A DNA stretch of 52,477 bases, taken from positions 1 through 52,477 of the forward strand of contig JBGAGQ010000044.1 in NCBI GenBank assembly GCA_044226625.1. Reading direction: 5' to 3'. Origin of the DNA: Thermoanaerobaculia bacterium. GTDB lineage: Bacteria; Acidobacteriota; Thermoanaerobaculia; Multivoradales; UBA5704. The translations under genes and the position numbers were made by a program. A model generated the notes under the pieces. It was not told where the DNA came from, made no database searches, and was given only the letters and a program-made list of their open reading frames with translations. This document shows, piece by piece, positions 9,650-20,315 of this stretch. Numbering within the stretch: position 1 is the stretch's first letter; each line of letters opens with the position of its first letter.

Positions 9650-11155
9650 TCAGGCTCGGGCGAGCCGGATCTCGAGCTGCCCCCCGTCGAGGCGCGCCGC
9701 CACGCCGAGCCCGAGCGACCGCCCGAGCGAGGCGACGAGCGACAGGCCGAGCCCCACGTGCGGCCCGAACCGAGAGGGATCCTTCTGCCAGAAGCGATCG
9801 AACAGGTGCGGCAGGTCCTCGGGCGCGAGGTCGGCCGTCGGGTTGGTGACCGAAAGGCCGATCGGCGCCTGCCCGCCGGGTCCGACGGGAGCCGCCGCGT
9901 GATTCGTTCCGTCGCCGTTCGTCGCGGCGGCGAAGCACGCCCGGCACGAGACCCAGCCGCCGAACGAACCATGGCTCACCGCGTTGCCGAGCAGATTCTT
10001 GAGGATCAATTCGAATTTCGCCCGGTCGGTGGGAAAGTCGAGCTGCTCCGGGATCTCGTTGTGTAGCTCGATCTGCTTGTCCGCGGCGGCACGCGCGAAG
10101 GGGCGCCACGCTTCGTCGACCGCGGCGCGAAGCGACACCGGCTCGAGGAGCGGATCCTCCCCGTGGGCGCTCTCGTTCCGGGCGAGGGCGAGTAGGTTCT
10201 CGGCGATCCCCTCCATGTGCAGACCGATCGCCCGGGCGTCTTCCAGGCTCGCGGCGACCGACGCGCGATCATCCGGCCAGCGCAAGCCGATCTCGGTCGC
10301 CGCCCGCAGCTCGGCGAGCGGCGTCCGAAGCTCGTGAGCGAGGTGGGAGGAGAAGGCCTTCTCCCTCACGAACGACGTTTCCAAGCGGCCCAACATGTCG
10401 TTGACCCGCTGGACGACCCCCGTGATCTCGAGCGGCACGCCGGCCGGGTCGATCCGCTCGCCGAGCGAGGTGGCGTCCAGCCGTTCGATCCGGTCGCTCA
10501 GACGGGAGAGCGGAGCGAGGCCAGCGTGAAGGCTCCAGCGGATCAACGCGGCCAACCCGAGGAGCAGAAAGAGGAACGAGGCGCCGAGCCAGGCCTTGGC
10601 TTCGGCGAGAAAGCGGTCGAGCTCGCCGCGTCCGCGCGCGAGCACCAGGATCGCCCGCAGACCGCCCGGGTTGAATTTGACCTCTTCTCCGGCGGTCGGC
10701 AACGCGCCTTCCGGATGGTCGTCGATGCGCGGCATTACCGAAAGCTGGACCACCCGGCCCAGCCGGCCATCGGGCAGTACGGCGTCCCAGATCCGCGGCT
10801 CGCCGGCCAGAAAACCGAGCGCCGGCCCCGTGGCTCGAAGACGGCGCAGGTTGCGCCCGGCGAGCGAGCCCGAGCGCCGCAGCACGCGCCCGTCGGCGAA
10901 CCAGAACTGGAAGTACTCGCTCCCCGTGGTGGCCGAGAACTCGGGCATCCCCTCTTCCGGCAGCTCGACCCAGAGGGCACCGTTCGCCTCTTCGGTGAGG
11001 AGCGCGAGCGAGTTGGCTTTCGCCACCAGCTCGTGATCGAAATCCCGCTCCAGCCGGCTGGCGATCACCCGATACGCGAGGAACCCCCCGAGCATCAGCA
11101 GGACCCCCGACCCGGCGAGCAGATAGAGGGTGAGGCGGCCGCGGAGCGATCTCAC
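9650..11155 (-). CDS. Sensor histidine kinase (two TM segments, HAMP-HisKA-HATPase)
   Basis: FSSHLAHELRTPL H-box, KNLLGNAVSH N-box, LFDRFWQ, GLGLSLV. GTG start overlaps the regulator stop (GTGA). Confidence 0.9.
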   Translation of the reverse strand: MRSLRGRLTLYLLAGSGVLLMLGGFLAYRVIASRLERDFDHELVAKANSLALLTEEANGALWVELPEEGMPEFSATTGSEYFQFWFADGRVLRRSGSLAGRNLRRLRATGPALGFLAGEPRIWDAVLPDGRLGRVVQLSVMPRIDDHPEGALPTAGEEVKFNPGGLRAILVLARGRGELDRFLAEAKAWLGASFLFLLLGLAALIRWSLHAGLAPLSRLSDRIERLDATSLGERIDPAGVPLEITGVVQRVNDMLGRLETSFVREKAFSSHLAHELRTPLAELRAATEIGLRWPDDRASVAASLEDARAIGLHMEGIAENLLALARNESAHGEDPLLEPVSLRAAVDEAWRPFARAAADKQIELHNEIPEQLDFPTDRAKFELILKNLLGNAVSHGSFGGWVSCRACFAAATNGDGTNHAAAPVGPGGQAPIGLSVTNPTADLAPEDLPHLFDRFWQKDPSRFGPHVGLGLSLVASLGRSLGLGVAARLDGGQLEIRLARA

Positions 11156-11892
11156 GACACCGGATCCTCCGTTGACTCCTTCGCCGGGGCCTTCTCCTCC
11201 CCCGCGGATCCGGACGGCTCCGGGTCGAACAGGTAGCCCTGCCCGCGGCGGGTCTGGATCAGCCGCGCGGCCGCCTCGCCGGCGGCCTCGAGCTTCTTGC
11301 GCAGGCTGTAGACCAGAACGTCGACCACGTTGCTCGCGGTCTGATCCTCGAACTCGTAGAGATGCTCCCAAAGATCTCTGCGCGTCACCACCTCACCGCG
11401 GCGCAAGGCGAGCAGCTCGAGGACGCTGAACTCCCGGGCGGTCAGGCGGATCTCGTGGCCGTCGTGCCACACCCGGCGGCCGGCGAGGTCGATCGAGAGC
11501 GTGCCGATCCGCAGGTTGGGCGACGCCACCTGATGTCCGCGTCGGCCGAGCGCCTGAAGGCGGGCGACCAGCTCCTCGAACGCGAACGGCTTGATCAAGT
11601 AGTCGTCGGCGCCGAGATCCAGCCCGCGCACGCGATCCTCCACCAGATCTTTGGCGGAGAGGATCAGCACCGGCGTGCTCTTGCCCTGCTCGCGCAGCCG
11701 CTGGAGGACGGTATAGCCGTCGATCTCCGGCAAGAGCAGGTCGAGGACGATCGCGTCGTAGCTGTTCTCACTCGCGAGCCAGAGCCCCTCGCGCCCGTCC
11801 GCCGCGGCGTCGACGGCATGGCCGAGCTTGCGCAACCCGCGCTCCAAGGTGGAGCGAAGCCGATGGGAATCTTCGATCAGGAGTAGGCGCAT
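11152..11892 (-). CDS. OmpR/PhoB-family response regulator
   Basis: MRLLLIED, VLDLLLP, GADDYLIKPF, SNVVDVLVYSLRKKL, IQTRRGQGY; ATG 11892. Confidence 0.93.
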   Translation of the reverse strand: MRLLLIEDSHRLRSTLERGLRKLGHAVDAAADGREGLWLASENSYDAIVLDLLLPEIDGYTVLQRLREQGKSTPVLILSAKDLVEDRVRGLDLGADDYLIKPFAFEELVARLQALGRRGHQVASPNLRIGTLSIDLAGRRVWHDGHEIRLTAREFSVLELLALRRGEVVTRRDLWEHLYEFEDQTASNVVDVLVYSLRKKLEAAGEAAARLIQTRRGQGYLFDPEPSGSAGEEKAPAKESTEDPVS

Positions 11893-11954
11893 GGTGTGCG
11901 GCTCCGCGTTGGCGACAAGCCTAACGGAAACCGGCGAGCTCTCGGCGCCCGGGC

Positions 11955-13754
<1,800 letters not shown>

Positions 13755-13848
13755 GGCGCGTCCCCGAGGCGCCGGATTCTACATCGAGCAGGGATGCCCC
13801 GCCGGCTCGAGAAGCCGGCGGGGGCCGATCGGACCGCTTCGAACGGCT

Positions 13849-15444
13849 TTACTCCCCTGGTACGACCAGCGACGCCCGGAGGAAGCGGAGAACGGACGCA
13901 CCCGCCTCCTTGCCGTCGGCCGGGACGATCGTCACCTTGGCGTCCCCTTTCCATTCTCCCTTCTGGTCGAGCTCCCGCACTTCGTCGGAAAGGTCGAAGC
14001 TGCGCGAGACCTTGCCGCCATGCCCGACATGGCCGAAGAGCGAGATGTTGCCGACGAAATAGGGGCCGGCCGGATCGGGCTTCTGCCCCGCCGGCAGATC
14101 GATGTAGACCTCGTAGACGCCCCCCTTACCGAGCAGCTCGAGCCCTTCGAAGACTAGCCGCACCTTTTCGGGCTTAGTGTCGGCGACCAGGCTCTTGATC
14201 CGCTCGCTCTTGGCGGCCGGCAGCGGAACCGAGACGGTGACCGCGTCGCGCCCGAGCACCGTTCCCTTCTCCGGGCTAGCCGCGAGCATCGTCGTCTTGA
14301 TAGCGGTCGGCTGGGTCGCAGGCGCCACGCTGGGCGGTGTGGCAGTCGCCGTACCGGAACAGAGGACGACGTTCTTGATCTCCAGCGGCACGCCCGCCTC
14401 GACATATTGGTAGTCGAGCTGCGTCACCATGTTCAGGATGTCGCAGCCGGTCTTCGTGACCTTCTGCCCCTTCTCGTCGAAGAACGTGAAGGTCTGGGTC
14501 GTCCAAGCGGTCGAGCCGATCGGGTTCAGGCGGTCGGCATTCTGGTTGAGCCAGCGCTGCCAGAGCCGGTCGATGTTCGCGTGGTGGTTCCAGAAAACGG
14601 GGTCGCGCGCCGCGCAGTTCGGGTCGGACATCCAGCCGGTGGCCGAGCCGACGCGGTTGTGGATCACGTTGTGCGGCTGCAGCTCGAGCTCGCCGAATTG
14701 CCCCAGGAAATGCTCGGGCTGCGGCGTGAACTGGCCGAAGAACGTCTGGTCGGGCAGGAGACCCGCGGTGCAGCCGTCGCAGCTCGCCTCCCCGGCGGGG
14801 CAGTTGCAAGTGGGGATGGTGTCCATCGCGTCGATGGACGAGCCCTGCTGGACGGTCACGCAATCCTGGCCCGCGATCGCGGTGTTGCACGAGGGGCGCC
14901 GCTCCGAGACGTAGAGCGAGTTCGTCGAGTCGGCCGGCGTGGTGAAGAGCGCGGGCAGCTGAGGGCTGCCGTTCGCATAATCCCAGTACGGCAGGGCAAA
15001 GTCGTAGTTGGGATCTCCCTTCGCCTCCCGCACGGCGGCGCGCAGGATGCTCTCGAAGTAGTAGAGGTAGATCCGATGCCAGGCGAGGAAGAAGAAGCTG
15101 CCGTGCTGGCAGGTCGCCCAGGCTTCCTGCATCGGAGTGGTCTCGGCAGGGCAGTTGTCGCCGGCGGCCGGAACGCCGTGGATATTCGCCTGGTAGGCCC
15201 AGCTCGTGGGGTCGGTCGTCGCGCGCTTCTGCATCAACGCCACTCCGGCGCGGAGCGCCGCGACCTGATCGGCGGAGAGGGACGAGATTTCGACCCGATC
15301 GTGAACGGCGACCGGCGTCTCGGGGGGCGGGTTGCCCGGCGGCGTCTCCTCGGGCGGTTTGGTACCTCCCGGGCAGCCGGCGATCCCGAGGGATCCGAGC
15401 GCGATCAGGAGGAAGGCGAACCGGCGACGGCCAAAGCTCGACAT
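13849..15444 (-). CDS. Tyrosinase / polyphenol oxidase (type-3 copper) lipoprotein
   Basis: Lipobox LGIAGC; CuA residues NIHG, CQHG..FLAWHR; LPYWD; CuB residues PHNVIH and DPVFWNHHANIDRLW; extra C-terminal domain. Confidence 0.9.
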   Translation of the reverse strand: MSSFGRRRFAFLLIALGSLGIAGCPGGTKPPEETPPGNPPPETPVAVHDRVEISSLSADQVAALRAGVALMQKRATTDPTSWAYQANIHGVPAAGDNCPAETTPMQEAWATCQHGSFFFLAWHRIYLYYFESILRAAVREAKGDPNYDFALPYWDYANGSPQLPALFTTPADSTNSLYVSERRPSCNTAIAGQDCVTVQQGSSIDAMDTIPTCNCPAGEASCDGCTAGLLPDQTFFGQFTPQPEHFLGQFGELELQPHNVIHNRVGSATGWMSDPNCAARDPVFWNHHANIDRLWQRWLNQNADRLNPIGSTAWTTQTFTFFDEKGQKVTKTGCDILNMVTQLDYQYVEAGVPLEIKNVVLCSGTATATPPSVAPATQPTAIKTTMLAASPEKGTVLGRDAVTVSVPLPAAKSERIKSLVADTKPEKVRLVFEGLELLGKGGVYEVYIDLPAGQKPDPAGPYFVGNISLFGHVGHGGKVSRSFDLSDEVRELDQKGEWKGDAKVTIVPADGKEAGASVLRFLRASLVVPGE

Positions 15445-15550
15445 GACGGCCTCCTTTTGTTGAGGATGTTATCGAACTTTAGCACCAAATTACCGCGCGG
15501 AACGGGATCCGTGCGCACGAGCCGAATGGACTGCCGTCCTGAGCCCGTTT

Positions 15551-16207
15551 TCAGCCTTTCGGAGGGACCTCCGCGGCCGGGGGCTCCTGGCGCACCAACG
15601 AGATCGCTCGAAAACGGAGCGCCGGGCTGCCGTCCTTGGAGGGCCGGAGCTCGTCGAGCGGTGGAACGATCAGCACCCGGAGCCCGTCGAGGCGAGCGCC
15701 GCCCTCGAGGCGCGCGCGAATCCGGGCACCGACGTCGAACGCGCGATCGGTCGGGGGCGCTTCCCCCGCCTTGCCGAACAGCGAAATGTGGCCGAGGAAC
15801 GAGCCGTCCTCGGGATTAGGGCCCCGCCCTTCCGGCGGATCGAGGTAGACCTCGTAGGTGGCGCCGGGACGAAGCAGCTCCAACCTCTCGATCACGAGGA
15901 GGATCTTCGCGCCGCCGGAGGCCGCCTCGGCGAGAGGCCGCCCATTCCCCTGGACGGCGACTCGCACCTGGAGGGGTTCGGTTCCCAGGACGTACGGCCC
16001 TGGATCGCTCACACCGAGGGCCGGGGGAGGTTTTCGATCCATCGCTCGATCCTCCTCCGCACCCGCCTCGCGCACCGGGCGCGCGCAGGCGGCCAGGGCG
16101 ACCGCGAACGCGATCGCCCCCACCGGCAGACGCCCTCGTTTCGGCCTCGTGGGATCGCGCCAATCGTTCGCGCGCCCGTCGTTCAGTTCCAGATCTTCGT
16201 CCACCAT
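15551..16207 (-). CDS. Lipoprotein made of a tyrosinase C-terminal-like domain (start uncertain)
   Basis: Lipobox ALAAC. Its LELLRPGATYEVYLDPPEG..P....FLGHISLFG aligns with LELLGKGGVYEVYIDLPAG..P....FVGNISLFG of the neighbouring tyrosinase. Confidence 0.7.
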   Translation of the reverse strand: MVDEDLELNDGRANDWRDPTRPKRGRLPVGAIAFAVALAACARPVREAGAEEDRAMDRKPPPALGVSDPGPYVLGTEPLQVRVAVQGNGRPLAEAASGGAKILLVIERLELLRPGATYEVYLDPPEGRGPNPEDGSFLGHISLFGKAGEAPPTDRAFDVGARIRARLEGGARLDGLRVLIVPPLDELRPSKDGSPALRFRAISLVRQEPPAAEVPPKG

Positions 16208-17604
16208 GGCTCGTCCTCTTCCTTCGAGTCGGAGGTTTTCGCCAGATTCATTTTGCCGCGAATCTTGTTCACGTCCCAACCGGTGAGATGGGCAAGCGTC
16301 TGCGCCTGCCGATCGAGCCGCCGGGGAAGCTCACGCCGGTATTCGCGCGCCTGCTCGCAGCGGTCGCTGCCGGTCCACGGGTGGCGTAACACGTAGCGCC
16401 CCTGGAAATTCTCTCGGTCGGCGGTCTGCTGGAAGACGAGGTCCTCCGGGAAGTGCGCTCGGTCGTAGCGCAGGTGGAGTCGCGTCACGAAAACGTTCTG
16501 CCCGCCGGAAGGGATGAAGCCGCCGCGCGATCCGGAGTCCGGCGGGCTGTCGAGCCAGAAGACGCCGAGCTCGCGCAGCTCGTCCCGCGACAACGGATCG
16601 GCGGCGCACGGATCGCACCAGCCCATGTCCCAGGCGTATTCGAGGAAGACGGCTTGATGGTCCTCTTTCTTCACCTGTTGGGTGAACATCGCCTTGTAGA
16701 AGTCGCCGAACTCTTCTTTGACGTACAGCGGGATCTCATCGCCCGACGGTAGCTTCACGGTTCGGTAGTTCGTGGTTTCGACCCGCCCTTTCCGCGACAG
16801 GGTGTAGACGAACATCTCCTGCGCGCCGGTCGAGTTCACCATGCCGAGGCGGATCGGCAGCATGAACTTCGCCGCCTCGTAGGCGACCTGCAGCGGCCGC
16901 AGCGAGCTGAAACCCAGCTTCGACTGCTCCTTCAAGTTCACCTTGGCGACGAAGAACTTCATCCCCTGCTTGATATACGCGCCCAACACGCCGGAGGCGC
17001 CCTCCGGAACGCGATAGCCGTTTTCCCGCAGCCAGGTCTCGAGCCCATTGCTCTGGTTGGCCGAGAGGATCAGGATGTCGTATTCGCCCACCGTGTACTT
17101 CGCCTCGATCCGGACGCCGAGCTTTTCGGCGCGATCCATCTTCGCGCCGCCCACCGCCCCGCCCGCGACTCCCCCCGGAGCCGCCGACTCGTACACCACG
17201 ACCCGGCAGGGGTTCTCGTCGAAATACTCGACCAAGCGCGGCGCGGTGTAGGCGTCGAGATGATCGATCAGCCCTTTGTCCGCGACGTGAATCTGCTCGC
17301 GCTTCAGGACCACGGGCACCGGGATGACCACCGCGAACTCCTTCGGATCGCCCTTGAAATCGTTCGCCATCGTAAGCACGGTCCGGTCGTCGTCGCGCAC
17401 CATCACGATCTGCGACGCCTGGTTGAACAGCTTGGTATCCGCCTTGGCGACGTAGAAGCCGCAGAAGGCGAAAACCGCCGAGGCGAGCGGCCCCGCGGCG
17501 AGCGCCGCGACGACGGCGAGGGCGAGCCCCGCGGAACGACCTCTCGAAGCCCGATTCGAACGTCGATTCCCGGGCACCTGCCAATGCAACGGATGACGAG
17601 CCAT
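16183..17604 (-). CDS. DUF2330-family exported protein
   Basis: Signal then AFCGFYVAKAD, APRLVEY, MLPIRLG, EYAWDMGWCDPC, TRLH.RY, NFQGRY. Confidence 0.8.
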   Translation of the reverse strand: MARHPLHWQVPGNRRSNRASRGRSAGLALAVVAALAAGPLASAVFAFCGFYVAKADTKLFNQASQIVMVRDDDRTVLTMANDFKGDPKEFAVVIPVPVVLKREQIHVADKGLIDHLDAYTAPRLVEYFDENPCRVVVYESAAPGGVAGGAVGGAKMDRAEKLGVRIEAKYTVGEYDILILSANQSNGLETWLRENGYRVPEGASGVLGAYIKQGMKFFVAKVNLKEQSKLGFSSLRPLQVAYEAAKFMLPIRLGMVNSTGAQEMFVYTLSRKGRVETTNYRTVKLPSGDEIPLYVKEEFGDFYKAMFTQQVKKEDHQAVFLEYAWDMGWCDPCAADPLSRDELRELGVFWLDSPPDSGSRGGFIPSGGQNVFVTRLHLRYDRAHFPEDLVFQQTADRENFQGRYVLRHPWTGSDRCEQAREYRRELPRRLDRQAQTLAHLTGWDVNKIRGKMNLAKTSDSKEEDEPWWTKIWN

Positions 17605-17619
17605 GAGCCTTCTTCCTTT

Positions 17620-18504
17620 CTAGACCAGGCCGGGGGCCGCGAGGCCCGGAGCCGGCGAAACGTCCGATGGAATGGTGGGGGCCGCCTCGGCTTCGCCGCG
17701 CGCGCCCGTCCGGCGCCAATCGAACCGCTCGCCGGGGAAGACGTTGTCGAGAACCGGCACGAGCAAGCAGGCCGCGACCAAAGACAGCAGGAGACCGTTC
17801 GGCCGATAGAGGACGAAGGTCACAAATCCCGCCCCGAGCGCCACGAGAGCGGCGAAGACGATCCGCCCTCGCCGGGAGTCGGGGGTGGTCTTGGGATCGG
17901 AGATCATGAAGAAAGAAAAGATCAGCAGAGCCCCGTTGGACAGCTGATGGATCGGCGTCGCCATCGGTTGGCCGAGCCAGGCCGCACGCCCGAACAGGAC
18001 CGCGAAGTAGAACGCGAGAAACGCGTAGGTCACGTCGGAGCGCAACGCGCGGTGGACCACCAGTCCGCCCAGACAGGCGATCAGGAAGGCGAACAGGGCG
18101 AAGTTTCCCCACTGCGCCGGAGACACCCAGGCGCCGCCCGTGAGCACCGTGGCCACGATCGCGAAATTCGTCGGATTGAACAGGTGCTTGCCGCGAAAAC
18201 GCAGGAGGAACTTGCTCCCGACCGCGATCGCACCCGCCCCGGCGGCGATTGCCAGCGAGTTGGTGCGCAACAAAAGACAGAGCGAAAGCCCTGAGATGAG
18301 GGCGCTACGTGGATCATAAGCCGGCAAGCCGACGAGGAGGCCGCCGAGCCATTGGACGCCCAAACAGACGGCGAGGATGGCCGCGATTCGAATCGGCGAA
18401 AGGTCGAAGTCCAGGGCGACCGTGCCGTAGAGCAATAGCGAGGCGAGCACGGCGATCTGATAGTGCCTGGGATCGGCGAGCCATCGGGATTTGAGCGTGC
18501 CCAT
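17620..18504 (-). CDS. RnfD/NqrB-like membrane protein
   Basis: Multi-TM; SALISGLSL.LLL, SKF.....KHLFNPTNF, FFMISDPKTTP motifs of the NQR2/RnfD family; ATG 18504. Confidence 0.8.
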   Translation of the reverse strand: MGTLKSRWLADPRHYQIAVLASLLLYGTVALDFDLSPIRIAAILAVCLGVQWLGGLLVGLPAYDPRSALISGLSLCLLLRTNSLAIAAGAGAIAVGSKFLLRFRGKHLFNPTNFAIVATVLTGGAWVSPAQWGNFALFAFLIACLGGLVVHRALRSDVTYAFLAFYFAVLFGRAAWLGQPMATPIHQLSNGALLIFSFFMISDPKTTPDSRRGRIVFAALVALGAGFVTFVLYRPNGLLLSLVAACLLVPVLDNVFPGERFDWRRTGARGEAEAAPTIPSDVSPAPGLAAPGLV

Positions 18505-18789
18505 CGTTCGGTAGCCTCCGGTAGCCTCCCGGCAGGGACGAGCCCATGCCTCATCTCCTTGGACACGGACTCGGACGAAAAGGAAACCGCGAGGCCCGGC
18601 GACGACACTACTCCTTCGAGCCTTCGTCGGCGAAACCTCGGTCCCAACGAATTCCGAGGCTCGCACGTAGACGTCCAGATGGATAAAATCCACGGCTCAC
18701 GGCGGTTTTCGGGATCCGTCCATCCGTCGAGCCGGGCCTCGACGTCTCCGCCGTCACAGCAAGCGACTCACCGAGGAGGTTCCCCCACC

Positions 18790-20109
18790 ATGTTCAGACC
18801 CACGATCCTCGCCGCCGCGACCCTCGTCTTCACCGCCTTGCCGCCCGCGGGCGCCGCGGGCCCCGCGCCGATCGGCGCCAAGGCGCGGGCCAGCGTCTGC
18901 ACCACTTGCTCGCAGACCACGCCCGCGATCGCGGGCCTCGCGTCCGGCGAATTCCTGGTCGGTTGGGAGGGAGAGAGCACCCTCGATGCGAAGGGGGTGG
19001 TCGGCCGTTTGTTCAAGAACACCGGCCTGCCTCGCGCGATCGACTTCCAGATCAACAAGGGGGTCCTGCCGCCGGAGCAGTACGACGTCGCGCTTGCGGG
19101 CGACGCAACCGGCTACGTCGCCGCCTGGTCGTCGGTAGACAACGCGAACAGCGAGGTCTTCGCTCAGCGCTACACGACCGCCGGCGTGGCCGTCGGAACG
19201 CCGATCTTGGTCAGTGTCGACGGCACGGCCTTGCCGCACTACGCCGATTTCAACCCGGCGATCGGCCGCACCGCCGGGGGAGGTTTCGTCGTCTCCTGGA
19301 TCCGCTTCCAGCCGGCGGGCACGACGACCTCGGGCACCAATCCGGAAATCCTGTTCCGTCGGTTCGACAAAAACGGTGCGGCGTTGGGCGCTCCCGTCAA
19401 GCTGAATACCCGTTTGGTCAACGGTGACCGCCCCGACCTTTGCGTCGATTCGTCCGGCCAGATCGACGTCGCCTGGACCACGGCGGACGGCTTCCCGTTG
19501 TTCCAGCCGAACCACAAAGGGGTCTCGTTCCGCCGCGTCTCTCCGGCGGGCGCGCTGATCGGGCCCGAGACGATCGTCGCCGCTCCGCTCGCGAGCAACG
19601 CCCAGATGAACATCTCCTGTGGAACCGGCGGAAACTTCGTGATCGTCTGGGAGAGCGACAGGGCGCCGGCCGTCGCCGGCTTCGACATCCTGGGCTCTCG
19701 GTACACCAAGCTCGGCCGTCGGGTCGGAACCGTCTTCCGGATCAACACGACGACCACCGACAACCAGCGCAATCCCGCGGTCTCCCACGATTCGAAAGGC
19801 AACTTCGTGGTGGTTTGGGAGCACAACCGGATCTCCGGCGGGGCGATCAACGCCCGTCGATTCACCGCGGCTGGCGTGGCGACCGGCCCAGAATTCGCGG
19901 TCGACGCCTATCCGCCGGGCGACCTGCGATCGATCGAGCCGGAGGTAGCGCACGTCGGGACGGCGGGCAACTTCGTCGTCGCGTTCCAAGACGGGCTGCA
20001 GGGCGTCTGGATGCGCCGCTTCACGCCCGGCACTCCGTTCCTCGCTCCGGCGAGCACCGAAGCCCACGCGGCGATCGACCCGGCTGCCGACGAGACGACC
20101 GAGCCGTAA
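18790..20109 (+). CDS. Secreted repeat protein (probable beta-propeller), paralog 1
   Basis: ATG 18790 after GAGG; signal peptide; repeated P.(I/V)....G.FVV.W ... RRF...G units. Confidence 0.75.
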   Translation: MFRPTILAAATLVFTALPPAGAAGPAPIGAKARASVCTTCSQTTPAIAGLASGEFLVGWEGESTLDAKGVVGRLFKNTGLPRAIDFQINKGVLPPEQYDVALAGDATGYVAAWSSVDNANSEVFAQRYTTAGVAVGTPILVSVDGTALPHYADFNPAIGRTAGGGFVVSWIRFQPAGTTTSGTNPEILFRRFDKNGAALGAPVKLNTRLVNGDRPDLCVDSSGQIDVAWTTADGFPLFQPNHKGVSFRRVSPAGALIGPETIVAAPLASNAQMNISCGTGGNFVIVWESDRAPAVAGFDILGSRYTKLGRRVGTVFRINTTTTDNQRNPAVSHDSKGNFVVVWEHNRISGGAINARRFTAAGVATGPEFAVDAYPPGDLRSIEPEVAHVGTAGNFVVAFQDGLQGVWMRRFTPGTPFLAPASTEAHAAIDPAADETTEP

Positions 20110-20155
20110 ACGAAGCGCCCCTCAATCGCTTCACCTCCCACCAGAAAAGCTTTCG

Positions 20156-20188
20156 AACGGCGCCCTCGGAAACGAGGGCGCCGTTTTT
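20156..20188 (+). terminator. Intrinsic terminator
   Basis: AACGGCGCCCTCG-GAAA-CGAGGGCGCCGTT followed by a T-run. Confidence 0.8.
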
Positions 20189-20315
20189 CCTTGGGCTTCC
20201 GTGAGAGGTTCTCCGCGGCGCCAACGCGCCGCCGACCTGATTCGTAAGAAGGACAGGTCTAGACAAAAACCTTTCGGTGCGGCCGCACCCGAGCAACGCT
20301 TCAAGGAGCTTCATC

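Noticed and set aside
7950-10109. 719-aa fusion protein
   Set aside because: Only the last 186 codons are protein-like. The rest is an alternative frame over the transcarbamylase and kinase genes, as expected at high GC.
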